From Microcoleus sp. (GTDB taxonomy: Bacteria > Cyanobacteriota > Cyanobacteriia > Cyanobacteriales > Microcoleaceae), in the NCBI GenBank assembly GCA_052279835.1, contig CP181291.1, forward strand, positions 1,952,001 to 2,016,000: 64,000 nucleotides of DNA, in the 5' to 3' direction. Shown here in pieces: positions 1 to 8,451 of the stretch (the stretch's first letter is position 1; the number at the start of each line of letters is the position of its first letter). A program made the translations under genes and the position numbers. A model generated the notes under the pieces. The model was not told where the DNA came from. It worked only from the letters and a program-made list of their open reading frames with translations, and did not search any database.

Positions 1-125
1 GTATGTACGTTTAATTTTGTACTCGACATTTTGGAGAGTGCGGGCATTTCTATACCAATGAATTTCAACGATGGCTCCCTCGATAATCGCGCTTTGGTTA
101 CTAGCCATTTTATACCAATCTTCAG

Positions 126-1432
126 GAGTCTAGGGATTCAGAAAGTCCTGGGATTTAGAAACCGGGTTTTTATCAAAGTTATTGATGTCACCGATAGATG
201 TGGGAAAAAACCCGGTTTCTTGGCGGAGTCTCAGGGTTCAGAAAGTCCTGGGATTTAGAAACCGGGTTTTTATCAAGATTATTGATGTCACCGATAGATG
301 TGGGAAAAAACCCGGTTTCTTGGCGGAGTCTCAGGGTTCAGAAAGTCCTGGGATTTAGAAACCGGGTTTTTATCAAGATTATTGATGTCACCGATAGATG
401 TGGGCAAAAACCCGGTTTCTCGGCGGAGTCTAAGAGCTCAGAAAGTCCTGGGATTTAGAAACCGGGTTTTTATCAAGATTATTGATGTCACCGATAGATG
501 TGGACAAAAACCCGGTTTCTCGGCGGAGTCTAAGAGCTCAGAAAGTCCTGGGATTTAGAAACCGGGTTTTTATCAAGATTATTGATGTCACCGATAGATG
601 TGGACAAAAACCCGGTTTCTCGGCGGAGTCTAAGAGCTCAGAAAGTCCTGGGATTCAGAAACCGGGTTTTTATCAAGATTATTGATGTCACCGATAGATG
701 TGGGAAAAAACCCGGTTTCTCGGCGGAGTCTAAGAGCTCAGAAAGTCCTGGGATTTAGAAACCGGGTTTTTATCAAAATTATCGATGTCACCGATAGATG
801 TGGGAAAAAACCCGGTTTCTCGGCGGAGTCTAAGAGCTCAGAAAGTCCTGGGATTTAGAAACCGGGTTTTTATCAAAGTTATCGATGTCACCGATAGATG
901 TGGGAAAAAACCCGGTTTCTCGGCGGAGTCTAAGAGCTCAGAAAGTCCTGGGATTCAGAAACCGGGTTTTTATCAAGATTATTGATGTCACCGATAGATG
1001 TGGGAAAAAACCCGGTTTCTTGGCGGAGTCTAAGGGCTCAGAAAGTCCTGGGATTTAGAAACCGGGTTTTTATCAAGATTATCGATGTTACCGATAGATG
1101 TGGGAAAAAACCCGGTTTCTTGGCGGAGTCTAGGGATTCAGAAAGTCCTGGGATTTAGAAACCGGGTTTTTATCAAGATTATCGATGTTACCGATAGATG
1201 TGGGAAAAAACCCGGTTTCTTGGCGGAGTCTCAGGGTTCAGAAAGTCCTGGGATTTAGAAACCGGGTTTTTATCAAGATTATCGATGTTACCGATAGATG
1301 TGGGAAAAAACCCGGTTTCTTGGCGGAGTCTCAGGGTTCAGAAAGTCCTGGGATTTAGAAACCGGGTTTTTATCAAGGTTATTGATGTTATCGATAGATG
1401 TGGGCAAAAACCCGGTTTCTCGGCGGAGTCTA
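126..1432. repeat. Tandem array of 13 x 100-bp units, each with the inverted pair AGAAACCGGGTTTTT...AAAAA(A)CCCGGTTTCT
   Basis: GAAAGTCCTGGGATT recurs at 141, 241, ... 1341 with an exact 100-bp period; units differ only by point substitutions; no unique spacers. Confidence 0.97.
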
Positions 1433-1444
1433 AAAAAAAATCGA

Positions 1445-1458
1445 GCCGCTAAGGCGGC
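1445..1458 (-). other. Short GC hairpin (GCCGC-4 nt-GCGGC) followed by a T-run downstream of the kinase-FGE gene; candidate DGR target hairpin and/or terminator
   Basis: Perfect 5-bp stem about 55 nt past the stop codon, then T9 on the minus strand (1432-1440). Confidence 0.5.
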
Positions 1459-1513
1459 ACAAAAGGGTAAAGAGAAAAGAGCGCAAAGCGCAAGAGGGTA
1501 AAAGAGTAAAGAG

Positions 1514-3334
1514 CTAGGAAGTCCACGCAGCCACACACACAACACGAAAACCGAAGTAGCCGTCGCCGACGTCCGGCGCACTGAGGCTGCGAATCGCCGC
1601 ACGGCAACCCCACGGAAGGTCGTCCCACGAACCACCGCGCAGCAGCCGACAATCACTTTGACCAATTTCCCAAGAACTCCCGTCAGTCGGTGCACCATCA
1701 TAGTTAGAATGCCATTCATCGCTGCACCACTCCCGAACATTTCCGTGCATATCATAGAGTCCAAAAGCATTAGGTGGAAAACTCCCCACATCTGTTGTTG
1801 CTGCGCGGTACTTTCCTTTAGCAGCGTTTGCATAGGGATGGTTTCCATCATAGTTAACCAATTCTGGGGTAATGGTTTCCCCAAAATGGAATGGGGTGGT
1901 TGTACCCGCACGACAGGCGTATTCCCATTTGGCTTCACTGAATAAGCGATAGGTTTTCCCAGTTGTTTGCGACAGTTTCTTGCAGAATGCGACAGCATCA
2001 TCCCACGATACATTTTCTACAGGACGTTTTTCACCTTTGAAATTGGATGGGTTGTTTCCCATGACTGCTTGCCATTGTGCTTGGGTGATGGGGTATTTTC
2101 CTGCAAAAAATGTCGGTACTGTGACTCGATGCTGCGGACTTTCGTTATCATATCTACCTTCTTCGCTGTTGGGGGAACCCATCATAAATGTGCCGCCGGG
2201 AATCTGTACCATTTCTAAGCTGACTCCGCGCCCTAGGTTTTCACTAAAGTATTCAGCTTGCCGCTGTTCTGTTTTGATAGTTTGTCCCTTGTTGTTGACT
2301 GTGATTACTTGAAATTTGAAGGTTTGTGTTTGTTTTGGTTGAGGAATTGGCGCGGATATTGATGCTAACAATTGATGCATTCGATTAAAGTCAATGCCAG
2401 AGTCTGCCCTTCGACTTCGCTCAGGGGACGGCGTTGGAGTCGGCTTAGGGGACAGGAAGTCCGGGGCCAGAAAGTCGGAGGGCTGCAATAATTCAACCAC
2501 TGGTTTTTTTGGTGCTAATGCTGTCAATACTTGTTCTGCTGTCCATCTTTGTCCTCGCTCTTTTTCCAAACATCCCCTAACTATGGCAGTGAATGGTTCT
2601 GGTATTTTTGACCAGTCTATTTCCGGTTCTTCGCCTACAATCTTTTTTTGCAATTGTTGGTCTGTGTTGCCTGTAAATGGTAAGGTTCCTGTCATGATTT
2701 CTGCTATCATGACTCCCAGAGACCAAATATCCCATGCTGTTCCGACTACTCCGTCATAGGATTCTGGGGGAACATAAGCTGGTGTACCTTTAATATCTTG
2801 GGTTCTCAGTGAGCTCGTGGTACTGATTTCTCGCAGCAGTCCCAAGTCTGATAGTTTCCATGTTTTTTCTACATATAGCAAGTTAGCTGGTTTGATATCT
2901 CTGTGTACTTTTCGGGGATTTGATTGATGTAAATAGTTTAATGCTGCTGCTGTGGCTTTGACTATTTCTGTTACTTCTGTTATGGATAGTTTTCCGGCTT
3001 TTAGTTTTTTTTCTAGGGTGGTTGTGGCGATTTCCATGACGATGAATAAATATTCATCTTCTTTGATTTCGCAGAAACCTGCTGTATAGCTGCGGATCAG
3101 GTTTTCGTGTTGCAGGTTGACTGCTGCTGTTAGTTCGTTTATTTGTTTTTCGGCTTTGGTTGCATCTTCGTCTGAGATGATTAGTTTGATTGCTACTTCT
3201 CTGATTAGTCTATCTCTGATTATTTCATCAGCTTTGTATACTGCTCCATATCCTCCACATCCTAGGAATTCTTTGAGGTGGTATTGGTTGTTAACTGTTT
3301 CTTTTTGTAGTTTTCTCCAAAATCTTTCTTGCAT
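1514..3334 (-). CDS. Ser/Thr protein kinase fused to a C-terminal FGE-sulfatase (C-type-lectin-fold) domain
   Basis: Kinase motifs GCGGYGAVYK, AIK, HRDIKPAN, DLG, GTPAYVPPE, DIWSLG; FGE motifs FMMGSP, PITQAQW, WEYACRAG, NAFGLYDMHGNVREW, RGGSW, GFRVV. Confidence 0.95.
   Translation of the reverse strand: MQERFWRKLQKETVNNQYHLKEFLGCGGYGAVYKADEIIRDRLIREVAIKLIISDEDATKAEKQINELTAAVNLQHENLIRSYTAGFCEIKEDEYLFIVMEIATTTLEKKLKAGKLSITEVTEIVKATAAALNYLHQSNPRKVHRDIKPANLLYVEKTWKLSDLGLLREISTTSSLRTQDIKGTPAYVPPESYDGVVGTAWDIWSLGVMIAEIMTGTLPFTGNTDQQLQKKIVGEEPEIDWSKIPEPFTAIVRGCLEKERGQRWTAEQVLTALAPKKPVVELLQPSDFLAPDFLSPKPTPTPSPERSRRADSGIDFNRMHQLLASISAPIPQPKQTQTFKFQVITVNNKGQTIKTEQRQAEYFSENLGRGVSLEMVQIPGGTFMMGSPNSEEGRYDNESPQHRVTVPTFFAGKYPITQAQWQAVMGNNPSNFKGEKRPVENVSWDDAVAFCKKLSQTTGKTYRLFSEAKWEYACRAGTTTPFHFGETITPELVNYDGNHPYANAAKGKYRAATTDVGSFPPNAFGLYDMHGNVREWCSDEWHSNYDGAPTDGSSWEIGQSDCRLLRGGSWDDLPWGCRAAIRSLSAPDVGDGYFGFRVVCVAAWTS
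1523..1651 (-). other. Putative DGR variable region (VR)
   Basis: Only 8 adenines in 129 coding nt, all at positions 1-2 of NNY codons; invariant scaffold codons contain no A. Confidence 0.75.
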
Positions 3335-3368
3335 GATTTTTAGTGGGTGGTTGGTGGTTGGGTTGCTG

Positions 3369-4050
3369 GATTCAGAAACCGGGTTTTTATCAAGGTTGTC
3401 GGTGTTACCGATAGATGTGGGAAAAAACCCGGTTTCTTGGCGGAGTCTAGGGGCTCAGAGAGTCGTGGGATTTAGAAACCGGGTTTTGATCGAGGTTGTC
3501 GGTGTCACCGATGGGTTTGGGAAAAAACCCGGTTTCTGGGCGGAGTCTAGGGGCTTAGAAGTCGTGGGCTTTAGAAACCGGGTTTTTATCGAGGTTATTG
3601 ATGTCACCGATGGATTTGGGAAAAAACCCGGTTTCTGGGCGGAGTCTAGGGGCTCAGAGAGTCGTGGGCTTTAGAAACCGGGTTTTTATCGAGGTTATTG
3701 ATGTCACCGATGGATTTGGGAAAAAACCCGGTTTCTGGGCGGAGTCTAGGGGCTTAGAAGTCGTGGGATTTAGAAACCGGGTTTTTATCGAGGTTATTGA
3801 TGTCACCGATGGATTTGGGAAAAAACCCGGTTTCTGGGCGGAGTCTAGGGGCTTAGAAGTCGTGGGATTTAGAAACCGGGTTTTTATCGAGGTTATTGAT
3901 GTCACCGATGGATTTGGGAAAAAACCCGGTTTCTGGGCGGAGTCTAGGGGCTTAGAAGTCGTGGGATTTAGAAACCGGGTTTTTATCGAGGTTATTGATG
4001 TCACCGATGGATTTGGGAAAAAACCCGGTTTCTGGGCGGAGTCTAGGGGC
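3369..4050. repeat. Second tandem array, 7 x 99-100-bp units of the same palindromic family
   Basis: AGAAACCGGGTTTT recurs at about 3374, 3474, 3573, 3673, 3772, 3871 and 3970; the last units are identical 99-mers. Confidence 0.95.
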
Positions 4051-4051
4051 T

Positions 4052-6046
4052 TTATATTTCTCTTACCTCGATGGTTTCATCTTTGTTGATGCCAATTTCT
4101 AGGGTTTGTCCGGCTAGTTTGTTGGTGTCTGGAATATTCTCGAATATCCAGTTATTCAATGGCCGCTCGACTAGGGATTCTAATAGTGATTTGATTCGTC
4201 TCCCGCCGTATAGTAAGTTGTTTCCTTCTTCCATTTTTTGCTGCAACATATTTAGGGTTGATGGCAAAAATTTTAGGGTGAATCGATATTTCTCTAGGGT
4301 GCATTCCGAGAGTTGGTTTAAAAATTTGTTGCCGATTGCTTCGACGAAATTTGGCCGCAGCAGGTCGAATACTACTATGTTATCTCCTAAACGGTTGAGC
4401 AGTTCGGCGCGACCGATGCGACTGTTGAAATGCCATTCTACTTCGTCGCGGAAGTGGTTTTCTACTTGCTCCCAGGAGAAGTCGTTGGCGTTTCCGGCTT
4501 TTACTTGAGTCATTATACCTTGCCGGAGGACTGTACCGGTTTGAGGATCTGTGACATCGGATGCGCCGATGTTGCTAGTAAAAATTATTGCGGTTTGGTT
4601 GAAGTATGCTGTTTGTCCTTTCCCGTCCGTCAGTCGGCCGTCTTCTAGGATTTGCAGGAATTTATCTAATACTTTGGGGTGGGCTTTTTCTATTTCGTCA
4701 AACAGCAATATACTGTGGGGGTTTTCCATGACTCGATTGGTTAATTGTCCCCCTTCTTCGTAACCGACAAAGCCGGGAGGTGCTCCGGCTAATTTTTCGG
4801 CGGCGTGTTCTTCTTTGTATTCGCTCATGTCGAACCGCGCGAAGGCTTTTTCGTCCCCAAATACTAATTTTGTCATGGCTTTGGCTAGTTCGGTTTTGCC
4901 GACTCCGGTGGGCCCGACGAAAAAGAAGATGCCTTTTGGTTTGCCGCTGCGCCCGGTACTGCCGCCGATGGTCAGTCCGATTCTAGCGCAGGTGAGCATG
5001 GTGGTTACGGCTTCTACTGCCCTTGGTTGTCCGATGACGGTACGTGGAAGCTCTGTTTTGGCTTGCAAAACCTTTTCGCGTCCCATGCGCTCCCAGGGGT
5101 CGTCTCGCAGGCCGAATTTGTAGAAGTCGATGAGCCGCCACATTTCTTTGGGTTTGACTGGGATGCGATCGCGCCAGGATGTAGCCCGCAGTGCATCTAG
5201 TTCTAGGGTGCGGAAGTTTTCGGTGAGTTCGGCAAATTCTGCGGCGAGGTTGTCGAGTTCGGAGGGTGTTCCTGGGGCACTGGGTTTGCTGTTGATGCGA
5301 TCGCCCCCATAAAAACCTGTGAGGAACCGTTGAGCAAATACCTGTCGTTCATCCTTGTTGGGCCGGGATACTTGGATCAGCGTGACGGTGGGATTGTTGT
5401 GATATAGCCATTCTGGGACTCGCTGCAAGTCTCTGGCGAGGATAACTAAAGTATTGCGACAACCGGCTAAGTCGCCTTCCCGGATCAGGGATGCTTCTAG
5501 GGTGCTTTTTTTCAGCAATACTAGGGCGTTTCGCTCTTCGCCACTGTACCGACTGGCGTCTGAGGTGATCATGTCGGCTAAATCGACCACGGCGGCGGCT
5601 GGGTTTGCAGTTTGGGAGACGAGGGCTCGCAGGTTCCCGAAGGCGTCTTCTAGGGAGACTCTGGTGTTCATTCTAGGGCCTACTGCTCCGGGGTTGCCAC
5701 GGGGGGGTGGAGCCATTGGGTTGACTGGTGCTGCTGGGGCTGTGGGGGCGGGCTGGGTTGGTAATTGGGGGTTGATGCGGATGGCGGCGGCGCGGGTTAT
5801 TTGTTCAAAGCGATCGCCCATTTCCGGTCGAGCAAAGGTGAATCCGTCTATGGAGTCGTAGCGGACTATTAGCTGGAAGTTGAGGTCTTGGAAGTAGTTG
5901 GTGAGGAATTCGTGGATGCCTTGATAGCTGCCGCGCCAGAGGAATTGGTCGTCTATGTTGCCGTATAAAACTATGTGTTGGCGGCGGTATAGTTGTTTTT
6001 CAAATTCTTGTATCCAGCGTGATGATGTGATGTTTGGGCTGTTCAT
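4052..6046 (-). CDS. AAA+ ATPase with a degenerate N-terminal module and an intact ClpB-D2-like C-terminal module
   Basis: Walker A GPTGVGKTE, RFDMSEY, GAPPGFVGYEEGGQLT, Walker B LLFDEIEKAH, DGRLTDGKG, IIFTSN; N-terminus has HIVLYGNIDD in place of a Walker A; no Clp-N domain. Confidence 0.9.
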   Translation of the reverse strand: MNSPNITSSRWIQEFEKQLYRRQHIVLYGNIDDQFLWRGSYQGIHEFLTNYFQDLNFQLIVRYDSIDGFTFARPEMGDRFEQITRAAAIRINPQLPTQPAPTAPAAPVNPMAPPPRGNPGAVGPRMNTRVSLEDAFGNLRALVSQTANPAAAVVDLADMITSDASRYSGEERNALVLLKKSTLEASLIREGDLAGCRNTLVILARDLQRVPEWLYHNNPTVTLIQVSRPNKDERQVFAQRFLTGFYGGDRINSKPSAPGTPSELDNLAAEFAELTENFRTLELDALRATSWRDRIPVKPKEMWRLIDFYKFGLRDDPWERMGREKVLQAKTELPRTVIGQPRAVEAVTTMLTCARIGLTIGGSTGRSGKPKGIFFFVGPTGVGKTELAKAMTKLVFGDEKAFARFDMSEYKEEHAAEKLAGAPPGFVGYEEGGQLTNRVMENPHSILLFDEIEKAHPKVLDKFLQILEDGRLTDGKGQTAYFNQTAIIFTSNIGASDVTDPQTGTVLRQGIMTQVKAGNANDFSWEQVENHFRDEVEWHFNSRIGRAELLNRLGDNIVVFDLLRPNFVEAIGNKFLNQLSECTLEKYRFTLKFLPSTLNMLQQKMEEGNNLLYGGRRIKSLLESLVERPLNNWIFENIPDTNKLAGQTLEIGINKDETIEVREI

Positions 6047-6076
6047 TTTATTTTAGATTTTGGATTTAGATATTCG

Positions 6077-6139
6077 TAGGGGTCGTGCCCCCGTGCCGAC
6101 CCAATTCAAGAGGGCGGGCACGGGGGCACCGCCCCTACA
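6077..6139. repeat. REP-like palindrome GTAGGGG...GCCCCTAC
   Basis: Inverted arms GTAGGGGTCGTGCCCCCGTGCC / GGCACGGGGGCACCGCCCCTAC; a related arm occurs near 31343. Confidence 0.75.
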
Positions 6140-6148
6140 GGGTTTTGG

Positions 6149-7435
6149 TTAGTTTCCGGTGCGGTTTTGTTGTTGGTCGTTGTTGGGTAGTTCGTCGTCA
6201 CCTGACAATTTCCGCTTGGGATCTTTTCCTTCCCAGGTGACTTCGCTCATGTTGATGCCGAATTCTGCTCCGAGGCGATCGTGCATTTCTGTCAACACCT
6301 TTTCGGCTTCGTCACAAACGGCGGCTGTTCCTCCTCCGACGGCCGCTTCGGTAGTTTTGGAATAGCCATCGACGTTGTACCAAACTTCGCCTTCTACTGG
6401 TACGCTGATACTAATTCCTTTGCCGGAATTAGTCGCAGCTTTCAGTATTAATGCTGTGTTGGGAAAGTCGGGATATTCTAGTTCAGGTTCGTTGACAAAA
6501 AAGCCCATTTCTGCTAAAGATTCTGCGATACTTTTGGCTATGTAATCTCGCTGGTCGGCTTGGATTTGGGCTGCATTTGCTGTTGCGATGATTTGTTGTT
6601 CTTGGGTTTTTGCTGCTGCTAGAATCAGGGCTGGTTTGTCAAATTGTTCTGCTCCTAATGCGGCAATTCCTGTTTGCAATTGGCTGGCTAGTTCATCGAT
6701 TAAATGGGTTTGCCAACGCAGGGCTACGGGGTCGGCTTTTAAACCAATAATCAGGTCTTCTAGTTCGCCGATGGCTTGTTCGGCTGCGGCTTTTTGTCGC
6801 TCCCATTGGGCTCGGTTGCTTGCTACGGAGGCGATATGCTGTTCTACTGCTTGTGTGGCAGTGTTTAGGGGCGATCGCACTGCTTGGGGGTTCCCGGAGG
6901 CGATCGCGCTACTAAGAGCTTTCAGCGCTGTTTGGGCTGCTGTACGGCCGGTGCGATCGAATTTAATCGCGTCTGGTTGGGGGATTTGGGCTATTTGCCG
7001 TTCTAGTTCTTCGAGCTCAAATTGCTGTTTTTCTAGTTCGGCTTTGCGTTTTTTCTCTTCGTCGTCCCGGCGTTTTCGGGTAATTGTGCGATCGAGTTCT
7101 TGTTCGATTTTGGGCAATTCTTGGATAGTGTTTTGCAGTTGATATTCGGTTGTAACTCCCCGGAGGCTATTTAGGAGGTTTTGACACCGTTTTCCGAGGT
7201 CTGAGCTATCCTGTGGGTAGATTTCTGGTGATTTTTGTTGTATTTTGGTTATGGTGGCTTGAGTTTGGGCGATCGACTGATTTTTGAGATTTTCTAAACG
7301 TTGAAGGCGTTCTCGTTCGGCGGCAGCCGCTCGAATTCGTGCTTCTTCTGCGGCTTTGCGCTCACGTTCCCGTTCTAATTGTTCTCGTCTTTGTCTGTCT
7401 AACTCAGCTTGGGAATATTTCGGGCTACCACTCAT
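6149..7435 (-). CDS. Coiled-coil hypothetical protein with a small C-terminal globular domain
   Basis: 428 aa, E/R/Q/A-rich helical body; C-terminal ISISVPVEGEVWYNVDG...C...LG pattern. Confidence 0.8.
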   Translation of the reverse strand: MSGSPKYSQAELDRQRREQLERERERKAAEEARIRAAAAERERLQRLENLKNQSIAQTQATITKIQQKSPEIYPQDSSDLGKRCQNLLNSLRGVTTEYQLQNTIQELPKIEQELDRTITRKRRDDEEKKRKAELEKQQFELEELERQIAQIPQPDAIKFDRTGRTAAQTALKALSSAIASGNPQAVRSPLNTATQAVEQHIASVASNRAQWERQKAAAEQAIGELEDLIIGLKADPVALRWQTHLIDELASQLQTGIAALGAEQFDKPALILAAAKTQEQQIIATANAAQIQADQRDYIAKSIAESLAEMGFFVNEPELEYPDFPNTALILKAATNSGKGISISVPVEGEVWYNVDGYSKTTEAAVGGGTAAVCDEAEKVLTEMHDRLGAEFGINMSEVTWEGKDPKRKLSGDDELPNNDQQQNRTGN

Positions 7436-7541
7436 CAGTTTTTCTCCTTATTAATGGGATTTGGATATCATCATCTCTTAGTCTGCGGAGGCAGACTTCG
7501 TTCGTGTAGACGCGGTTTAAACCGCCGATTTAACTTCGGAA

Positions 7542-8195
7542 TTAATCTTCCTTAATTGGCTCCACAATCACTCCGCGCTTTAACATTCGAGCTTCAAACT
7601 CTTGGCTAAAACCCGGTTTATTTGGCACTCCCACAAAAGAGATTTCTCCTGTTAATCCCATAAAAAATTCCAGCCCTGCGGATGTATCTGCATCAGACAA
7701 TAGAGCAGTAATCAAGCTGCGATAACGTTCTGTCAAAGGCAGTAATCGCTGATTTGCTGAACCGCGCCAGAGTAAATCTCCATGCAGTTTTTCGATGTAA
7801 AGTCCATCGATTAGTAAATCTATTTTTTGCAACAGTGTTTGCTGGGCTGCTGTGCCCTGTTGCTGTAGATGCTCGAATCGATAGCCAGTGTAACACATGA
7901 TGCCTAGGTCGGTGCGATCGCGGAGTTTATCTACTAAGTTGGATAAGGCTTCTGCTTGCAGCATCGGTTCGCCCCCAGAGAAAGTAACACCTTCAATTCC
8001 TGGTACTGCTAACACCCAATCTACTAACTCTGTGACTGTTACCAAATCTCCTGCATTCTCATCCCAAGAATCTGGGACAATACAACTTGGACAAGCAAAC
8101 CGACAGCCTTGTACCCAAATCACTGCTTGTTTTCCAGGGCCGAGTACGTTCACTGGAGATTGGCGTTTAAATAGACGTAATGTTTCTGAATTCAT
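7542..8195 (-). CDS. Radical-SAM protein, NrdG-like (4Fe-4S single cluster)
   Basis: GPG..AVIWVQGCRFACPSC (CxxxCxxC), GVTFSGGEP, YTGY, IDLLIDG, RGSANQR. Confidence 0.9.
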   Translation of the reverse strand: MNSETLRLFKRQSPVNVLGPGKQAVIWVQGCRFACPSCIVPDSWDENAGDLVTVTELVDWVLAVPGIEGVTFSGGEPMLQAEALSNLVDKLRDRTDLGIMCYTGYRFEHLQQQGTAAQQTLLQKIDLLIDGLYIEKLHGDLLWRGSANQRLLPLTERYRSLITALLSDADTSAGLEFFMGLTGEISFVGVPNKPGFSQEFEARMLKRGVIVEPIKED

Positions 8196-8407
8196 GGCAT
8201 TTTAAATTGTATATTTTATATTTTAGATGACTCTTGATTTCTGAATCCGCAGAGGCGAAATTCCTGTGTGTAAACACGGTTTCAACCACCCTATCCCTAG
8301 GATATAACATCCTCTATTCATCGGAATTATTCAGAACACTATTCTCTCCCTCTGTGTCCTCTGCGTTCTCTGCGGTTAAAACATTCCGATGCAACCAGAA
8401 ACGATAT

Positions 8408-8438
8408 AAAAAAAATCCCCCATTTATTTGGGGGATTT
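8408..8438 (-). terminator. Rho-independent terminator of nrdJ
   Basis: Minus strand reads AAATCCCCCA-AATAAA-TGGGGGATTT followed by a T-run, 13 nt after the nrdJ stop. Confidence 0.75.
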
Positions 8439-8451
8439 GAATTCAACGCTA

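Noticed and set aside
126..1432. CRISPR array
   Set aside because: The segments between palindromic arms are near-identical rather than unique spacers, the period is 100 bp, and no cas genes are present
31..1501. Short + strand ORFs in array 1, and ORFs 3117-3674, 3598-4089 and 3654-4004 in array 2
   Set aside because: They are translations of the DNA repeat; the 99-bp unit stays in frame simply because it is a multiple of 3
4052..6046. clpB/clpC
   Set aside because: Lacks the Clp-N domain, first Walker A and middle domain; only the D2-like module matches
7542..8195. nrdG as activase of the neighbouring RNR
   Set aside because: The RNR is class II (C-terminal Cys pair, no glycyl-radical motif) and a terminator separates the genes
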